Origin: Acidimicrobiia bacterium | Lineage (GTDB): Bacteria; Actinomycetota; Acidimicrobiia; Spongiisociales; ZC4RG35 | Length of the DNA stretch: 64,000 nt | Reading direction: 5' to 3' | NCBI GenBank assembly: GCA_040902845.1 | Contig: JBBDWM010000034.1 | Span: 147,001-211,000 of the forward strand | Shown here: positions 63,961 through 64,000 of the stretch, piece by piece | How the letters are laid out: each line of letters opens with the position of its first letter | Numbering within the stretch: position 1 is the first letter of the stretch | Position numbers and translations under genes: made by a program | Notes under the pieces: model-generated | Databases searched by the model: none | What the model was told of the DNA's origin: nothing | Seen by the model: only the letters and a program-made list of their open reading frames with translations

Positions 63961-64000
63961 GCCCGCACTGAATCGGGGATGACACGGATCGGGACCGAAT

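Noticed and set aside
62897-63985. 362-aa minus-strand ORF overlapping the ABC-2 permease and the Pro-rich gene
   Set aside because: It overlaps two better-supported genes. Its translation is Arg/Gly/Pro-rich without TM helices or motifs.
1-64000. tRNA, rRNA, IS/transposase or integrase genes
   Set aside because: Scanning for T-loop-like GGTTCGAATCC patterns found nothing convincing. I saw no rRNA-like conserved blocks, and no transposase or integrase motifs (DDE, tyrosine recombinase RHRY) in any ORF.

Overview
The window is a high-GC (roughly 68-70 percent), actinobacterial-type chromosomal segment that is densely coded on both strands. I support about 60 protein genes, two likely pseudogenes, one riboswitch, one coding tandem repeat and a few candidate operator sites. 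I found no rRNA, tRNA, CRISPR array or IS/transposase. Many genes are translationally coupled through ATGA/GTGA start-stop overlaps. Because of the GC content, many long antisense ORFs in the six-frame track are artefacts. Housekeeping or recognisable genes include a pyk 3' fragment, gpsA, ychF, gcvP behind a glycine riboswitch, an aspartate-type aminotransferase, a diacylglycerol kinase-like lipid kinase, MscS, HIT, Lrp and ArsR. The most notable content is: (1) a four-gene + strand operon in the archaeal order herA-mre11(sbcD)-rad50(sbcC)-nurA at 48984-55098, in which the HerA-like ATPase has a deviant P-loop and the Rad50-like protein carries a CPVC zinc hook; (2) two tandem, translationally coupled dynamin-like GTPases followed directly by an MscS channel; (3) scattered homoprotocatechuate-type meta-cleavage genes (LigB-type dioxygenase, two ALDHs, FAH-family hydrolase, P450) with a MarR regulator, where a 19-bp motif is shared upstream of the P450 and the dioxygenase, and the catabolic operon includes a MerB-like lyase homolog; (4) an Lrp-controlled permease / nucleotidyltransferase / phosphoesterase / glutamine-synthetase-like / DUF1116-like / formamidase operon; (5) a PLP decarboxylase / acetoacetate-decarboxylase-like / ALDH cluster; (6) a kinase-like/methyltransferase fusion with an upstream microprotein, next to a secreted SNase-LTD nuclease; (7) gene decay, namely a frameshifted MFS transporter and an LtrA remnant, plus an 18-bp coding tandem repeat in a PQQ-dehydrogenase lipoprotein. 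All functional calls rest on motif recognition by eye. No database search was run.
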